Counted from the stretch's first letter, positions 1 through 11,030 are shown. The stretch: 64,000 bases of DNA from an uncultured Candidatus Rokubacteria bacterium (GCA_963749975.1 CAVVOZ010000031.1:1270-65269); one strand, 5' to 3'. Numbers and translations: made by a program. Notes: a model not told the origin generated them from the sequence alone.

Positions 1-600
1 AGTAGAACCGCTGCCGCTCGGACTTTGGGTACGTCTTGGACGCCTCGAGGAGCGTGCCGACGCGTGTCTCCGTCAGGCGGATCTCGAACAAGGTGTCCTG
101 GATCTGGTTCTGCAGGAAGGCCACGGCGTCGAGGTTCCGCCGCCGGGCCAGCTCCGCCTCGGCCCGCGCGTTCGGGTCGGCCGCGAACTCGCCGGTCGCC
201 GCGAAGGTGCCGACGACCGCCTGCGCATAGGCGCGCGTCTGCTCCCGGAGCCGGGCAATCGAGTCGTCGAGGCGCTTGGCCTCGAGGTCCATGATCCCGA
301 GGTACACGCGCGGCATCGTCGTGGGCAGCCGCTCCACCGGGCACGGAGCGGGTGGGATCGGCGCCCCGCCACGCTCGACCCGCTGGACCCGGTCGCAGCC
401 CACGGCAAACACGTACTGGCTGTCGTCGTCCCGGAAGAAGATCCAGGGCGGCTCCTCGGCGTAGAAGCTCGCCTTCACGGGCACGGTGTGGCCGTGAAGG
501 TGGATCGTGTACTCCTGGGCGAGCGCGGGCGACACCGCGGCGGCAAGCAAGGCGAAACCGACCGCCGCCCCGACCGCGAGCCTCTGCACCGCCCGCATGT
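1..600 (-). CDS. Hypothetical secreted protein, partial (runs off window start). Sec-type signal peptide MRAVQRLAVGAAVGFALLAAAVSPALAQE.
   Basis: Own translation of the minus frame downstream of pilQ. Signal peptide, non-repetitive composition, ATG near 600; no family recognised. Confidence 0.4.
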
Positions 601-649
601 CCATCATCGCTCTCCCGCCTGATCGGCCGGCGCCGTGGGCCGGACGACG

Positions 650-2465
650 GGGGCGGAAACGGGCGCCGGCACCAGCGCCGCCGCCGAGACCGTCTTCGGG
701 ATGGTCGTCGGAGCCTGGCCGCTCGGTCCCGGAGGGTGCCAGCACGCCGGGCGCGGCCGGTAGCGCTGGCGGAGCCACGCCCGCCTGGCCGGGGTTCGAC
801 ACGACCTTCGCCGTGAGGAACACCACCAGCTCCCGTCGCTCCGTCTCCGTCAGGTCGTTCTTGAACAGCCAGCCGAGCACCGGGATCTTCGAGAGCCAGG
901 GAATCCCGCGCTCGTCGTTGTTGAAGCGCTCCTGGCGGAGGCCCGCGATCACGACCGTGCCGCCGTCAACGATCTCAGCCTGGGTGATGGTGTTGCGGGT
1001 GCTCACGACCGGAGCGGTGAGCCCCGCGCCGGTCACTGGCTGGAGGAAGACGTCGTCCTTCACGGCGATCGTCATGAGGATCCGGCCATCGCCGACCACG
1101 CGCGGCGTGACCTGGAGCCGGGTCGTCACGTCCGTGTAGGTGACCGACGCCTGCTGGGCGCCGCCCACCACCGTCACGCTGATGATCGGGAACTTCTGGC
1201 CGCTGGCCACGGTCGCGGGCTGATTGTCGACCGTCATCAGACTGGGCGAGGACAGGGTCCGGGCCCGCTTTTGCCCTTCCAGGGCCTGGAGCTGGATGTC
1301 GAGCGCAAAGTTCGACGCGAGCCAGCCGAGCCCCAGACCGAAGGGGGTCGCGCCGGCCAGCAAGCCGCCAATCGTGCCCAGCGACGGCGGGGAAGTTGGC
1401 GGCGGTCGTGGGCGTCGCGGCCCCCGCCGTCTCGCCGGAGACCGGTCCGCCCGGGGGGGCGCCCCGCACGTCGACGATGGGCCCGTTGGACGAGGTGCGC
1501 GGAGTCCACGCGCCGCCCCAGATGATACCGAGGGACCGCGCGTCCTGCCTGGCCATCTCCACCAGCCGGGCCTCGATGTGGATCGATGGCGCCGCACGGT
1601 CGACCTTGTCGACGAACTCCTTGATCTTTCCGAGGTTGTCGGGAACGTCGCGCACGATCAGGGAGTTGGTCCGCTGATCGACGGTCAGCGAGCCCCGCGG
1701 CGAGAGCATGCCGGCCGGCTTGCCCTCCTCCTTCTTGATCCCGCCCGTGATCGCGTCCTCGACCCCCTTCTCCTCCTGGGTGGAGACGACATCCGTGAAG
1801 AAGTCGATGGTCTGGACGCGCTTGATGCCGACGTGCCCGTACTTGAGCTTGACGACTTCCTCGACCAGCGGGGCCAGCAAGCCTTCCAGCTGTAGCCGCT
1901 TGACCTCGAATTCCTGGCGGGCCAGCGCGGCCGCCCGCTCCTGCTCGGCGAGCCGGAGGTCCCCCTCCTTGCGCCGCTGCGAGATCTCCACCTCACGCTG
2001 CTCGGCCCTGAAGGCCGCTTCGGCCTCCTTCGTGAGGTTCTCGAGCTTGTCGACCCGGATGATGTTGCCTTCCTGCACGTAGGCGAGCTTGGCCGCCCGC
2101 ACGACCGAGTCCAGGGCCTGCTGCCAGGGAACGTTCTGGAGCTTGACCGTCACCTTGCCCTTGACGTCCTCGCTCGTCACGATGTTGAGCCCGCTGAACT
2201 CGGCAAGGATGCGGAGGATGTTGTTGATGTCCGCGTCCTTGAAGTCCAGCGAGATGAGGCGGGGTCGCTGCAGCCCGCCGGCCGCCTGGGCGACGATCGG
2301 CGCGCGAAGCTGGGCCAGCAGCACGGGGCTGCCCACCACCTCGCCGCCCCTCGCCGCCCCCGCGAGGGCAAACGTCCAGGCAAAGCCCAGGAGGACCAGG
2401 ACTCCTCGTCTAGCCACGCCGCTCCCCCCCATCCTCGACCGTCGCGATCGGGCCGCGATAGCCAC
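650..2465 (-). CDS. pilQ: Type IV pilus secretin PilQ. N-terminal AMIN/N domains lie in ORF 975..2465 and the C-terminal secretin domain (GIPWLSKIPVLGWLFKNDLTETERRELVVFLTAKVV) is in a different frame.
   Basis: ORF-track N-terminal part plus own translation of rc(780-960) showing the secretin C-terminal motif. A frame change lies somewhere between the N-terminal part (975..2465) and the secretin domain (~780-960). No stop is visible after the secretin motif before the next signal peptide. Confidence 0.8.
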
Positions 2466-2474
2466 AGGCTTTCC

Positions 2475-3016
2475 TTACTGTCCGTCCGGCTTCGGCAGCC
2501 GGAGCTCGACGGTCCGCTCTCGCGTGCCGACCCCCGGGACTTCCTCCCGGACCACGAACCGGACGCGATCCCGCTCCAACGCCACGACCTTCCCGCCGAA
2601 CTTCTCCTCGTTGAGGCGCAGGTAGTAGCCGAGACCATCGGGCGTTTCCACGAGCGCCCGGATTGCCTCGGAATCCTTCACGTCCCAGACGATGCCCACG
2701 AGCTTGAGGTTCGCGACCTCCTGAACCTTTCGCTCCTCCCCCGGATCGAGCTTCCGCACCAGGGGCTCGAACGGGTCCCGGGGGCCGGTGGGCGCCGGGG
2801 CGCCGGCCGCCGGGGCTGCGGGGGCTGCGGCGCCGGGGCCGCCGACGGCGCGGCACTCGGCGCGGGCGCCTTCGGCACCGGCAGCGGCGTCGGGAACTTC
2901 GGCTGGGACTGAGCCCACGCCGCGGCCGTCAGGAGGCTCGCGGCGACGACTGTCACCAGCCGGAGCCCACCCAACCCCGACCGGGACAAGCCTGGAAGGT
3001 GCATCATCCCCTCCAT
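2475..3016 (-). CDS. pilP: Pilus assembly lipoprotein PilP. The N-terminal signal peptide/Ala-Pro linker (ORF 2678..3016) and the C-terminal PilP domain (ORF 2475..2918) are in different frames.
   Basis: Signal peptide MMHLPGLSRSGLGGLRLVTVVAASLL and a PilP-like beta domain. Position in the pilMNOPQ order. Frame discontinuity around 2800-2900. Confidence 0.65.
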
Positions 3017-3025
3017 CGTGGCCCG

Positions 3026-3679
3026 CTAGCGCTTGGCTGGCTGCTGGGCCGCTGCCGGCCCGGGCGTCGCCGCCGCAGCAGGAATGGGAACCGCCTGGAA
3101 GACCACCGCGACGAGATCGGCGCGCATGGTCCCCGGCGCCAGATCGGTGCCGCGGCCGCCGGGAGGGGCGGCCGGAGCCCCCGCGCGCTGCCGGGCCTGG
3201 ACCTTCACCTCGTTGAGCGTGACGAGGCGCGGCAGCTGCGCGAGCTGATCCGCGAACTTCAGCAGCTCGTGGTAGCCCCCGCCCACCCCGACTTCCATCG
3301 GGATCTCCACGTAGAGCTCCTGCTGGCGGTTTGGCCGGCGCCGCACCTGGCCGACGGTCAAACCGGACTTGCCGGCCAGCGTCTCCACACTCCGGAGCAC
3401 CGCCGCCGATTCGTGCTCGGTCGGCAGCCGGCGAGACAGCTCGCGCAGCTGAACCTCGAGGGCTTCCCGCTCACGCTTGATGCGCCCGAGGTTGGCGACC
3501 ATCTGCTGGGCGTTGCTGACTTCCCTCTGCAGGCCGTCCCGCTCCACCGCGAGCTTTGCGGTCTCGTCGCGCAGGCCCTTCACACCAGCGAAGCCGGCGA
3601 TGCCAGACCAGGCGAAGTAGCCGACACCGAGGATGAGGAGGCAGATCAGGATGATCTGCTGCCGTTCCGCGCGGTCCAT
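3026..3679 (-). CDS. pilO: Pilus assembly protein PilO
   Basis: 217-aa ORF with an N-terminal TM helix plus coiled coil and periplasmic domain. Position between pilN and pilP. Confidence 0.75.
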   Translation of the reverse strand: MDRAERQQIILICLLILGVGYFAWSGIAGFAGVKGLRDETAKLAVERDGLQREVSNAQQMVANLGRIKREREALEVQLRELSRRLPTEHESAAVLRSVETLAGKSGLTVGQVRRRPNRQQELYVEIPMEVGVGGGYHELLKFADQLAQLPRLVTLNEVKVQARQRAGAPAAPPGGRGTDLAPGTMRADLVAVVFQAVPIPAAAATPGPAAAQQPAKR

Positions 3680-3699
3680 CGTCCTCTAACCCTCTCCGA

Positions 3700-4438
3700 T
3701 CAGAGCTTGACCGTCGCCGTGACCTCGAAGGACACGACGCGCGTCTGATCGACCCGTTCAGCCTCGGTCACCACGAAGTCCACGTCCGCGAAGATGCCAA
3801 CCTTGCGCAGGTTGTCCATGAAGTCGGCGATCTGGAAGTTGTTGAACGCCCCGCCCTTGATGACCACGGAGTACCCCGCGAGCTGCGAGACCTCTCTCGT
3901 GGCCGGCCTGGCCCCGCTGCGGCGGGCGCGCCGCCTGACCCTCGACCTCCGTGCGCTTGGCCTCGAGCCGCCCCAGCGTCTCGCTCATCGTGGCGGCGGT
4001 CTGCTCCTCGACACGGACCTTGATTTCCTGGGGCTTCATGTCGACCCCGTAGAGCCAGACGCCCTGCGGCACCGCCCGGAGCACACCGTTGAGCATCGCC
4101 AGCGGCACGCCCTGGCTCTTGGCGACCTTGCCGATCACCTCGATCCGCCGCTGGATCTCGACCTTCGCCTTCTCGGCCTGGTCGAGCTCGTTGAGCTGAC
4201 CCTTCAGCTGCTCGTTCTGGGCCTTGAGGCTCGTGATCTGGGTCTGGTAGTCGCGCTTCGTGGACCACGCGCGATACCCGAGCAGGCTCATGGCCAGCAG
4301 CATCAGCACGAAGACGCCGCCCAGGATCTTGGTGAGGAGCCCGGCGCTGACCCCGGCGCGGGGGGAGGTTGGAGCCGCCGCGCGCCCGGTTCGGGCCGCG
4401 CGCGCTTCCCGTGGGAGCAGGTTGATTTTGATCGCCAC
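3700..4438 (-). CDS. pilN: Pilus assembly protein PilN. The C-terminal segment is recovered in the +1 frame (…GGAFNNFQIADFMDNLRKVGIFADVDFVVTEAERVDQTRVVSFEVTATVKL*).
   Basis: INLLP N-terminal motif of PilN. Own retranslation shows a frame change near 3940 and the true stop at ~3700. Confidence 0.75.
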
Positions 4439-4450
4439 GGTATCCCGTCC

Positions 4451-5506
4451 TTACTTCCGGTCGTCCGGATAGCGCATCGCCAGCCCGGTCGCGACGCTCG
4501 CGAGCGGCGCCAGCTTCTCGACCATGCCCGCATCGGTCCCGGTGCCCACGTCGACCCGCTTGAAGGGGTTCGCCCGGATCACTTCGATCCCCCACTGCCC
4601 GGCCAGGAACTCCTGGAGACCCGGGATCAGGGCGCAGCCGCCCGAGAGGAAGATCCGCTGGATACGCTCGTGCTCGGCAGTGGTGCCGAAGTAGTCGAGC
4701 GTTCGCTGGATCTCCTGGCCGATCTCCTGGGAGACCAGGTCCAGGACCGGCTCCACCTCGACCCAGCTCACCGACCCCTGCTCGCCCCGCACGATGGCCT
4801 CGGCCTCGGCCGGGGCCAGGTCGAACCGCTGGGCGATCGTCGAGGCGTACTGCCGGCCCCCGACGAAGATGTCGCGGGCGTACACGTTCACCCCGCCCTG
4901 CAGGATGTTCGTGTTCGTGGTCTCGTGCCCGATGTTCACGAGCGCCACGACCTCGTTGCCCTGGCCAGGCTCGTTGTGCTGGTACTGCGTCTCGAGCGCG
5001 AAGACGTCGACGTCCACCACCACGACGTTGAGCCCGCACGCCTCCACGACGTCCGCGTAGCTCTGGACCTTGCCCTTCTTCACCGCCACCAGCATGACTT
5101 CCAGCTGAGGTCCGTCCTGCCGCAGGATCTGGAAATCGATGTTGACGTCGTCGATGTCGAAGGGGATGTGCTGCTCGGCCTCCCAGCGGATGGACTCGCC
5201 GAGCTCGCTCTCCGACATCTTGGGGAGATTGACGCGCTTGGCGATGACGGAGCCTCCCGACACACCGATGACGGCCTCGGTCGCCTGGACCCCGCCCTGC
5301 ACGAGGGCCTGCCGGATCGCCTGCTGCACCGCGTCCGGCTGCTTCACCTCGCCGCCCTGAATCGCGCCGGCGGGCACGTGGGCGATGCCGAATCCGCTCA
5401 GCTCGTAGGCCGACCCCTTCGGCTTGAGCTCGACCACCTTGACCGCGCTCGTGCCGATGTCCAGGCCGACTACTTCGGGTCGCTTCTTCTTCTTCCAGAA
5501 CGTCAT
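4451..5506 (-). CDS. pilM: Pilus assembly ATPase-fold protein PilM (actin-like)
   Basis: 351-aa ORF; the N-terminal motif VVGLDIGTSAVKVVELKPKG is typical of PilM/FtsA-like proteins. First gene of the pilMNOPQ order. Confidence 0.9.
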   Translation of the reverse strand: MTFWKKKKRPEVVGLDIGTSAVKVVELKPKGSAYELSGFGIAHVPAGAIQGGEVKQPDAVQQAIRQALVQGGVQATEAVIGVSGGSVIAKRVNLPKMSESELGESIRWEAEQHIPFDIDDVNIDFQILRQDGPQLEVMLVAVKKGKVQSYADVVEACGLNVVVVDVDVFALETQYQHNEPGQGNEVVALVNIGHETTNTNILQGGVNVYARDIFVGGRQYASTIAQRFDLAPAEAEAIVRGEQGSVSWVEVEPVLDLVSQEIGQEIQRTLDYFGTTAEHERIQRIFLSGGCALIPGLQEFLAGQWGIEVIRANPFKRVDVGTGTDAGMVEKLAPLASVATGLAMRYPDDRK

Positions 5507-5620
5507 GGGTTATTCCTCACTGCCCGCGAGTCTCGCGCAGCACCCGCGAAACCCCAAAACTATTTTTTTTCGCTCTTCCATCGTTCTGTTTACAGGTCTT
5601 TGTAGTAATTACTGGTTGGT

Positions 5621-5650
5621 GAGTATGACTCTCGCGCAATTGTGAGTCAA
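5621..5650 (-). promoter_or_regulatory. Candidate sigma70-type promoter for pilMNOPQ (TTGACT-N17-CATACT on the minus strand), with an inverted repeat TGACTC-N12-GAGTCA spanning the spacer
   Basis: AT-richer 180-bp intergenic region upstream of pilM; hexamers read directly from the sequence. Confidence 0.3.
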
Positions 5651-5690
5651 CATTTTAAAACGCCAACGATTACGCTGACTTAGAAGTGGC

Positions 5691-8463
5691 CTAGCCGCGT
5701 TTGCGGCCGGCCAGAAGCCCGCGGACGGTCGTGAGGAACTCCTGAATGTCGAACGGCTTGGAGATCACGAGATCGACGCCCAGCTCGCGCGCGCGGCGTG
5801 TCGCGCGCGCCCGATCGAACCCGGAGAGGATCACGACTGGCGTGGTCGCGTCGACTTGCTTCACTGCCTCGACGACCTCCCATCCGGGAACGTCCGGCAT
5901 GCCGAGATCGGTGATGACGAGATCGTACGCGCCCTCGCGTTCACGCACCTTGGCGATGCCCTCGAGGCCCGAGCCCGCGAGCGTGACGGAGTAGGCGGCG
6001 CCGCGCAGCATGTCGCCGACGGCCGTGCGGACGGTCTCGTCATCGTCGACCAGCAGCACCTGCGGGCGATCCGTCTCGGCGACGGCGAGCGGAGGGGGCG
6101 CGCCCTCGCCAGCAGTCGGCAGGCGCAGCGTGACCGTCGTGCCACGCCCTTCCTCGCTGTCGATCGTGGAATCGCCTCCGTGGCGGGCCATGACTCCGTA
6201 GACCATCGAGAGCCCGAGGCCCAGGCCGGTCTCACCCTTGGTCGAGAAGAACGGCTCGAACGCCCGCCGGCGGACCGCCTCGGACATGCCGACGCCCGTG
6301 TCCGACACCGACACCGTGCCACGACCGGCGTCGAGCCCGGTGCGAATCGTGATCGTGCCGCCCCGCGGCATGGCGTCCACGGCGTTGTGGAGCAACTGCA
6401 CGGTGGCTTCGAGGAGCTCCGACTCGGCCCCGATGAGCTGCGCGTGCGGCCCGAAGTGGGTGATCAGCTCGATTGGCGCGCCACGCGCCGTGGGCTCGTC
6501 CCGCCACTTCGCCCGCGTCTGCTCGACCGCACGCTGGACGATGTCGTTCAGGTCGACGGGGCCGAACGGCTCGGCCGGCCGGGAGCGGCTGAACTCCTGG
6601 ATCCGCGAGAGGGCGTCGATCCCGGTGCGAGTGGCGGACTCGATCTCGTGCAGGCCCGAGGCGATCTCCCGGGACTTTTCCCGCGAGGCTCGCTTCACCA
6701 GGAGCTGGGTGCGGCCGAGAATGCCCGCCAGCACGTTGTTGAAGACGTGCCCTACCCCGCCGGCCATGTTGAGGAGGGCCTGCATCTTCTCGTCGACGGG
6801 GATCCGGCCGGCCCGCGCGGTCAGCTGGTCCTGCGTCGTCTCCAGCTCCTCGAGCCGCCGGCGCAGCCGCCGAAACTCCTCCTCGTCGATCCGAGTGGTG
6901 TCACGGACGACCTCGCGCACGACCTCGCGGTCGACGGGCACCTCTCGGATGATCTCCACCGGGACGTCCCGGACGATCTCCTTCACCACTTCGACCGGGA
7001 CCTCCCGGACGACCTCGCGGTCGACCGGCACTTCCCGCACGACCTCCACGGGCACTTCGCGGATGACCTCGCGCTCGACCGGGACTTCTCGCACGACCTC
7101 CTTCAGAAACTCCACGGGAACCTGAACCGGGACCTCCCGGATGACCTCCACCTCGCGGATCACCTCGACCGGGACTTCCCGCACCACCTCGCGCACGACC
7201 TCGCGATCGACCGGCACCTCCCGCACGATCTCCACCGGCACTTCCCGGATGATCTCCCGGTCGACCGGCACTTCCCGCACGACCTCCTTCACGACCTCCG
7301 ACCGGCACCTCCCGGACGACCTCCCGGTCGACCGGCACCTCCCGCACGACCTCCTTCAGGAACTCCACGGGAACCTGAACCGGGACCTCCCGGACGACCT
7401 CCACCTCGCGGATCACCTCGACCGGGACTTCCCGCACCACCTCGCGCACGACCTCGCGGTCGACGGGCACCTCCCGGACGATCTCCTTCACGACCTCCAC
7501 CGGCACTTCCCGGACGACCTCCCGGTCGACCGGCACCTCCCGGATGACCTCCACCTCGCGGACGACCTCGACGGGCACCTCTCGCACGACTTCCTTCACG
7601 ACCTCGACCGGAGAGGCCGCGGCGGCGGGCTGGGCGGCCCGCAGGGAGGAGGACACCACGCCCGCCGCGAGCTGGGAGGCGAGGAGCTCCGCCGGCGTCG
7701 CGGCGCTGTCACCCGATCGACCCACCAGCAGGAGGCCCACCAGATCATCGCCCGCGCGTAGCGGAAGAACCCCGGCGGTCCCGACACCCTTGCTCGGCCG
7801 CGTCAGCCAGAGGGGCTCGCCCCGCCCGAGAACCTGCCGGACCTTGTCGGCCGGCAGTCGGGACAGCGCCATGCTCTCCGGGGCGGCGACGATCCACGAG
7901 AGGGCACCCCCCGTGCCCGGCATGGCGAGCGCCGCCCATTCCATCCCCGTGGCGCGGGCAACTCCCGGGAGCATCGCCTTGGCCGCGTCACCCCGGGCGC
8001 CCCCGTGTGGCGGAGCGGCGTCCTCGAGTGCCGCGGTCAGGGGCTCGAGCAGGTGGATGCCGTCGTGGGAGACCACGGGTCCGGCCGCCGCAGCGCCTCC
8101 GGCCTCCCCCCCACCCGGCACGACCTCGGCCTTCTTGAGGAGATCCATGAGGAGGCGAGCGCCGCGAACGCTCATCACCTCGACGCCCGGGGGCTTGATC
8201 GACAGGAGACGCTCGTACTGGCGCTCGTCGCCGCTGACCTCGAGGACCAGGTTGGCCTCGGTCTTGAACACCTCCATGGCGTTCTTGACGACCTGAAGGT
8301 GGAGGCTCTTCGCGAGCTTGCCCCCCTCGGAGCGGTCACTCGCGTCGGCGACGATGGCGATCGTGACTCCCGGGACGGCCCGGAGCGCCTCGATCGCCTG
8401 GACGAGGTGGATCCCCGTCCCGACCAGCCCTACCTTGTACGTGCTGCTCGAGGGCGGTGGCAT
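5691..8463 (-). CDS. Hybrid sensor histidine kinase / response regulator of ~920 aa. N-terminal Rossmann-like and GAF-like region, then a ~250-aa array of (V/I)REVPV-type octapeptide repeats, a coiled coil, HisKA, HATPase_c and a C-terminal REC.
   Basis: ORFs 6901..8463 and 5691..7292 overlap in the repeat array. A single extra G near 7301 (relative to the homologous repeat copy at ~7495) separates the frames. H-box GHVFNNVLAGILG, G-boxes and a REC with DDD...D...K. Confidence 0.8.
6900..7650. repeat. Coding tandem-repeat array encoding REVPV(D/E)xEVV octapeptides. Higher-order ~240-bp units at ~7100-7290 and ~7340-7530 are nearly identical.
   Basis: Direct comparison of the plus-strand sequence at 7101-7290 and 7342-7530, and the protein repeats in the ORF track. 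Confidence 0.85.
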
Positions 8464-8499
8464 GGCGCCATTATACGCAGGGGAGCGTAGACTCCGAGA

Positions 8500-10160
8500 T
8501 GTTGTGAAACATTCGGCATCTGCCGCGCCAGAGGCCTCGAAGGCCTACCGACAGGAGGTGCCGCCCCCCGTGTCGGCGGCGTAGTCCACGCAAACGAGGA
8601 ACGACTTCCGGACGAGGACCACCGTGTTGCCCGACCCCTACCGGGAAGCCCGGCGGCGGGGCGGCGTTGCCGTACGTGGGGTTGTAGCCGTAGCTCGAGG
8701 CAGTGGACTGGGTCTGGATCTCGAAGGCCACGACGCCCCCGTCCATGATGATGGGGTTGAACTCCACGTGGCCGCCCGAGTAGACGAGCCCGTGGATCTC
8801 CGTCCCGGAGGCGCTCCCCATGTCCGCGCAAACCCCCTGTGGGTTGAGGGGATTGGCGGTCGGCTGCGGCGCGAGGTTCACGGCGTCAACCGGATCGAAC
8901 AAGAGGTAAGCCAACGGATACCCGTATAGTGGCGGCTGTCGTCCAGATTCTCGAGCCGTTCTTGTGCCAGATGTCCCGGCTGCCCGCCACACCCCGACGA
9001 GCCGTTCCCTTCCACCACGACCACTCCATGGAGGTCCTGGCTCTGTATGGTGAAATCACAGCAACCGCTGCCCGTCCAGGATGGCCGCGTCCCGCGCATG
9101 ACATAGACCACGACGCCAGTTCCGGCCGGGGTGTAGTCCACGTTCCAGGTCAGACTGGATCCCCGGATCACCATTCCCGTGTTCGTGCCACAGCCACTGA
9201 GATTCGACGCATAGAGAGTTGGAGTGGTGGTCCGGCGCGAGTCAGCGTCCTTCACGCAAGCCTTCCGCACGAGGAGCCGCCGCAAATGGCGTTGGAGAAC
9301 ACCGCGGGATCGCACGGCGTGCTGAGGGCGCAATCGAAGTATCCCTGGTATGCTTGCCCGCCCCCGTCACAGTTCATCTTGCTCCGGTCGCCCGCGACGA
9401 CCAGCCGCTTGCCGCCCGGATAGGGGTAGCCGTAGTTCTGACCAGGGGGCAGTTGCCGACCGTTTCACCGTGCAGGGTCACGTCGATTGCAGAGCAGCCC
9501 AGCTGGGGCCGGGGCAGCTCGTCGTACGCAGCGGGGCCGCCAGGGTACTCGTTCGGGTCCGCCGGCACGATCGTGGGGTTTCCGTTCCGGTTCGCCGGCT
9601 CGTTGCAGTAGCCGGGCGGATTGTCCTGGCTCGAGTTCGAGCAGACGTGCTTCCAGGGGTTGTCGATCCCGAGAACCGCTCGCACCCGGGCCCGTCCCAG
9701 CCCGTTCGCCGCCGTCCCCCAGGCCGTAAGGACCGCCGTCTCGTTCGTGTCGCGGCCCGCCGACCCCCCGCCGCAGCTCGGGTCCTGGATCGACACGGGC
9801 ACCAGAGGGCTGCAGTCGTTGTCGATGACCGCCGAGTAGTCTCCCGGCCCCCAAGCCGACCCCGTTGAAGAGCAGCTTGGCGAGGCCGGCACCACACCCG
9901 TAGGAGGACGAGTTGCCGGGGTCGGTCCACTTCGTGAACCCGCATCCTTCGTCGGCCGCGGTGCGCACCTCGTCCCGCCCCCGTTCGAGCCCGGCCTCGG
10001 CCAGGGCTTCGGCCTGCGCCTGAAACTTGTAGTTGACTCCGGTCGTCATCTCGATCCTCGACAGGAGGGCGAACGAGAAGCTCAGGATGCCGAGGATGAG
10101 CATCGCGATGACGGCAATGATGAGGACCGATCCGCGCTGGCTGTGCAGGGTTGGTCTCAT
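8500..10160 (-). CDS. PilX-like minor pilin N-terminus (MRPTLHSQRGSVLIIAVIAMLILGILS) followed by a large Cys-rich beta-rich domain (PilX/PilY1-like tip-associated protein?). The reading frame is broken several times.
   Basis: PilX_N-type prepilin-like N-terminus at 10160. Plausible protein-like segments appear in ORFs 9374..9895, 8878..9333 and 8471..8992, in different frames. Confidence 0.45.
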
Positions 10161-10186
10161 GGTTCGCTTTCGTGCTGCTTCCTCGG

Positions 10187-11019
10187 CTACGAGCGGTTTC
10201 GGAGTGTGACTTCGGTGATAAGCGTGCGGCTCACCGTCTGGCCCGCGATCTGCTGCTGCGCCTGGACCGAGATGCGGACCCGCCCGATGTTGTCCGCTTG
10301 GGACTGGCTCGACAGCGGCAGCGCGAAGGCGATGTTGCATGGGTTGGGCTGGCCGGCGCAGGGGCCGAAGTTCGCCCGAGGGTAGTAGGTAAACGTCAGG
10401 CCATTGATGTCCACCGCCACCATCGCCACAGGTCCCGTCCCGTCGTCCCGTGTGATGCACTGGGGCACCCCCGGCGGGCAGTTCAGAGTCGAGAGCGCGT
10501 AGAGCACGTCCTCCTCGCCGCGGTCGGCCGCCGATGCCGGTGAGGTGATGGCATTGCCCAGCCCGGCGATCCGCCCGTTGTGGTTGCGGTCCGAGCGGAT
10601 GCGCAGGGTGGTCGCCGTCGCCTGCCCGAAGGGGATCGCATAGAGCCCGGTGCACCCGGGACCGCCGAGCGCCGTTGCCGGTCTGCCAGGTCGGAGTGCC
10701 CGTCCCGGCGAGCCTGGCGGTGCAGTTCGCCACCTTGACCCCATCACAGTCCGACGGTCGAGGACGTCGCATAGTCGAACGCGCAGACGGTGGCGTCCCG
10801 GCCTCCCGATCGGATCTCGCGGACCATGAAGTCCATGGCGGCGCGCACGTTCTGCTGCACCTCGGCCGACTCCGACCCGATGAAGTAGGCTTCCTGCGCC
10901 TTGCCCCAGGTGCCAACGACACCGACCATCACCAGGGCGAAGAGCGCGAGGGTGACGACCAGCTCGGTCAGGCTGAGTCCACGCCCGTCGCGCAGCAAGG
11001 ACGTCGCCTTGCGGGACAT
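10187..11019 (-). CDS. PilW-like minor pilin/pseudopilin (leader MSRKATSLLRDGRG|LSLTELVVTLALFALV); C-terminal part lies in ORF 10187..10747
   Basis: Prepilin N-terminus with G|LxxxE. The second ORF overlaps the first stop by GTGATGA, and its own N-terminus lacks a TM helix, so I read them as one gene with a frame change near 10700. Confidence 0.5.
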
Positions 11020-11030
11020 GTCCGGCCCCT

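Noticed and set aside
507-1139. 210-aa plus-strand ORF
   Set aside because: Antisense to the PilQ secretin C-terminal domain, which I could translate on the minus strand.
3794-5605. 603-aa plus-strand ORF
   Set aside because: It is antisense to pilN/pilM and has Arg/Gly/Asp/Leu-biased low-complexity composition typical of a GC-driven shadow ORF; no motif recognised.
5856-7547. 563-aa plus-strand ORF with HDL/PDDL repeats
   Set aside because: It is the antisense reading of the REVPV repeat array in the histidine kinase gene, and its repeats mirror that array.
6900-7650. Possible CRISPR-like regular repeats
   Set aside because: The repeats are in frame inside a protein-coding gene with no unique spacers and no cas genes; they form a peptide-repeat array.
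8511-8530. AGGCCT-CGA-AGGCCT hairpin as a terminator after the minor-pilin cluster
   Set aside because: Only a 6-bp stem with no U-tract; it lies inside sequence that may still be coding.
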